Below are positions 63,999-64,000 of a stretch of 64,000 bases of DNA, one piece after another. Position 1 is the first letter of the stretch. Each line of letters opens with the position of its first letter. Below the pieces are notes generated by a model. It searched no databases, had not been told where the DNA came from, and saw nothing but the letters and a program-made list of their open reading frames with translations. Origin of the DNA: Candidatus Falkowbacteria bacterium (GTDB lineage: Bacteria; Patescibacteriota; Patescibacteriia; Patescibacteriales; UBA12075); contig DOSJ01000006.1 of the NCBI GenBank assembly GCA_003514005.1, positions 2,281 through 66,280 on the forward strand. Reading direction: 5' to 3'. A program made the translations under genes and the position numbers.

Positions 63999-64000
63999 AA

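Noticed and set aside
1-64000. Alternative genetic code (UGA recoding, as in some CPR relatives)
   Set aside because: Conserved genes are uninterrupted under code 11, and several well-supported genes end at TGA (for example 32391-32393 and 8961-8963).
1-64000. CRISPR arrays, rRNA genes, prophage structural genes and reverse transcriptase/DGR cassettes
   Set aside because: Scanning both strands found none. The only RNA gene I can support is tRNA-Thr.

Overview
This is an AT-rich, gene-dense bacterial window using the standard genetic code; TGA is used as a stop. The gene content is short housekeeping genes for translation and envelope, pilT, DUF3048, many membrane-anchored proteins of unknown function, and almost no metabolism. 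That profile suggests a Candidate Phyla Radiation / Patescibacteria-type genome, which is inference only; no database search was possible. Core genes recognised by motif: SEDS (rodA/ftsW-like), rplY, the rpmE-prfA-prmC string, rplJ-rplL, a dTDP-rhamnose/GT2 glycan locus plus galU, typA, a MacAB-like ABC efflux operon, pilT, lepA, recJ, rnhA, def, clpB (with a perfect CIRCE operator), gltX, an M23 peptidase and a Xer-type recombinase. There are two accessory regions. (1) 11.5-15.4 kb is a four-gene minus-strand defence island: a restriction endonuclease candidate plus a beta-class DNA methyltransferase, followed by a tightly coupled DUF262 (ParB-like NTPase, no DUF1524 nuclease half) + stand-alone HEPN (Rx4H) pair. 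This pair is my top candidate for an uncharacterised system. (2) 37.1-41.7 kb is an islet beside tRNA-Thr. It holds an orphan 325-aa gene with its own promoter and terminator, an XRE-ImmA/IrrE module with an operator-like palindrome over its -10, a DUF3761 lipoprotein, and a DUF1080-like membrane protein whose 3' end is clipped by an IS200/IS605 element. The non-coding layer is rich: six copies of a modular hairpin MITE-like family (several inside conserved operons), a family of hairpins built from ACGAA units phased every 8-10 nt with a CGCGGA-unit variant, and two G9 homopolymer tracts in a shared sequence context. Other oddities are a sigma-70 region-4 + HARE-HTH-like protein, a PEP-CTERM protein, a TagA-Nudix fusion, a protein of ten exact 28-residue repeats and an HtrA-like protein lacking the catalytic triad. 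All family assignments come from motif reading of the supplied translations.
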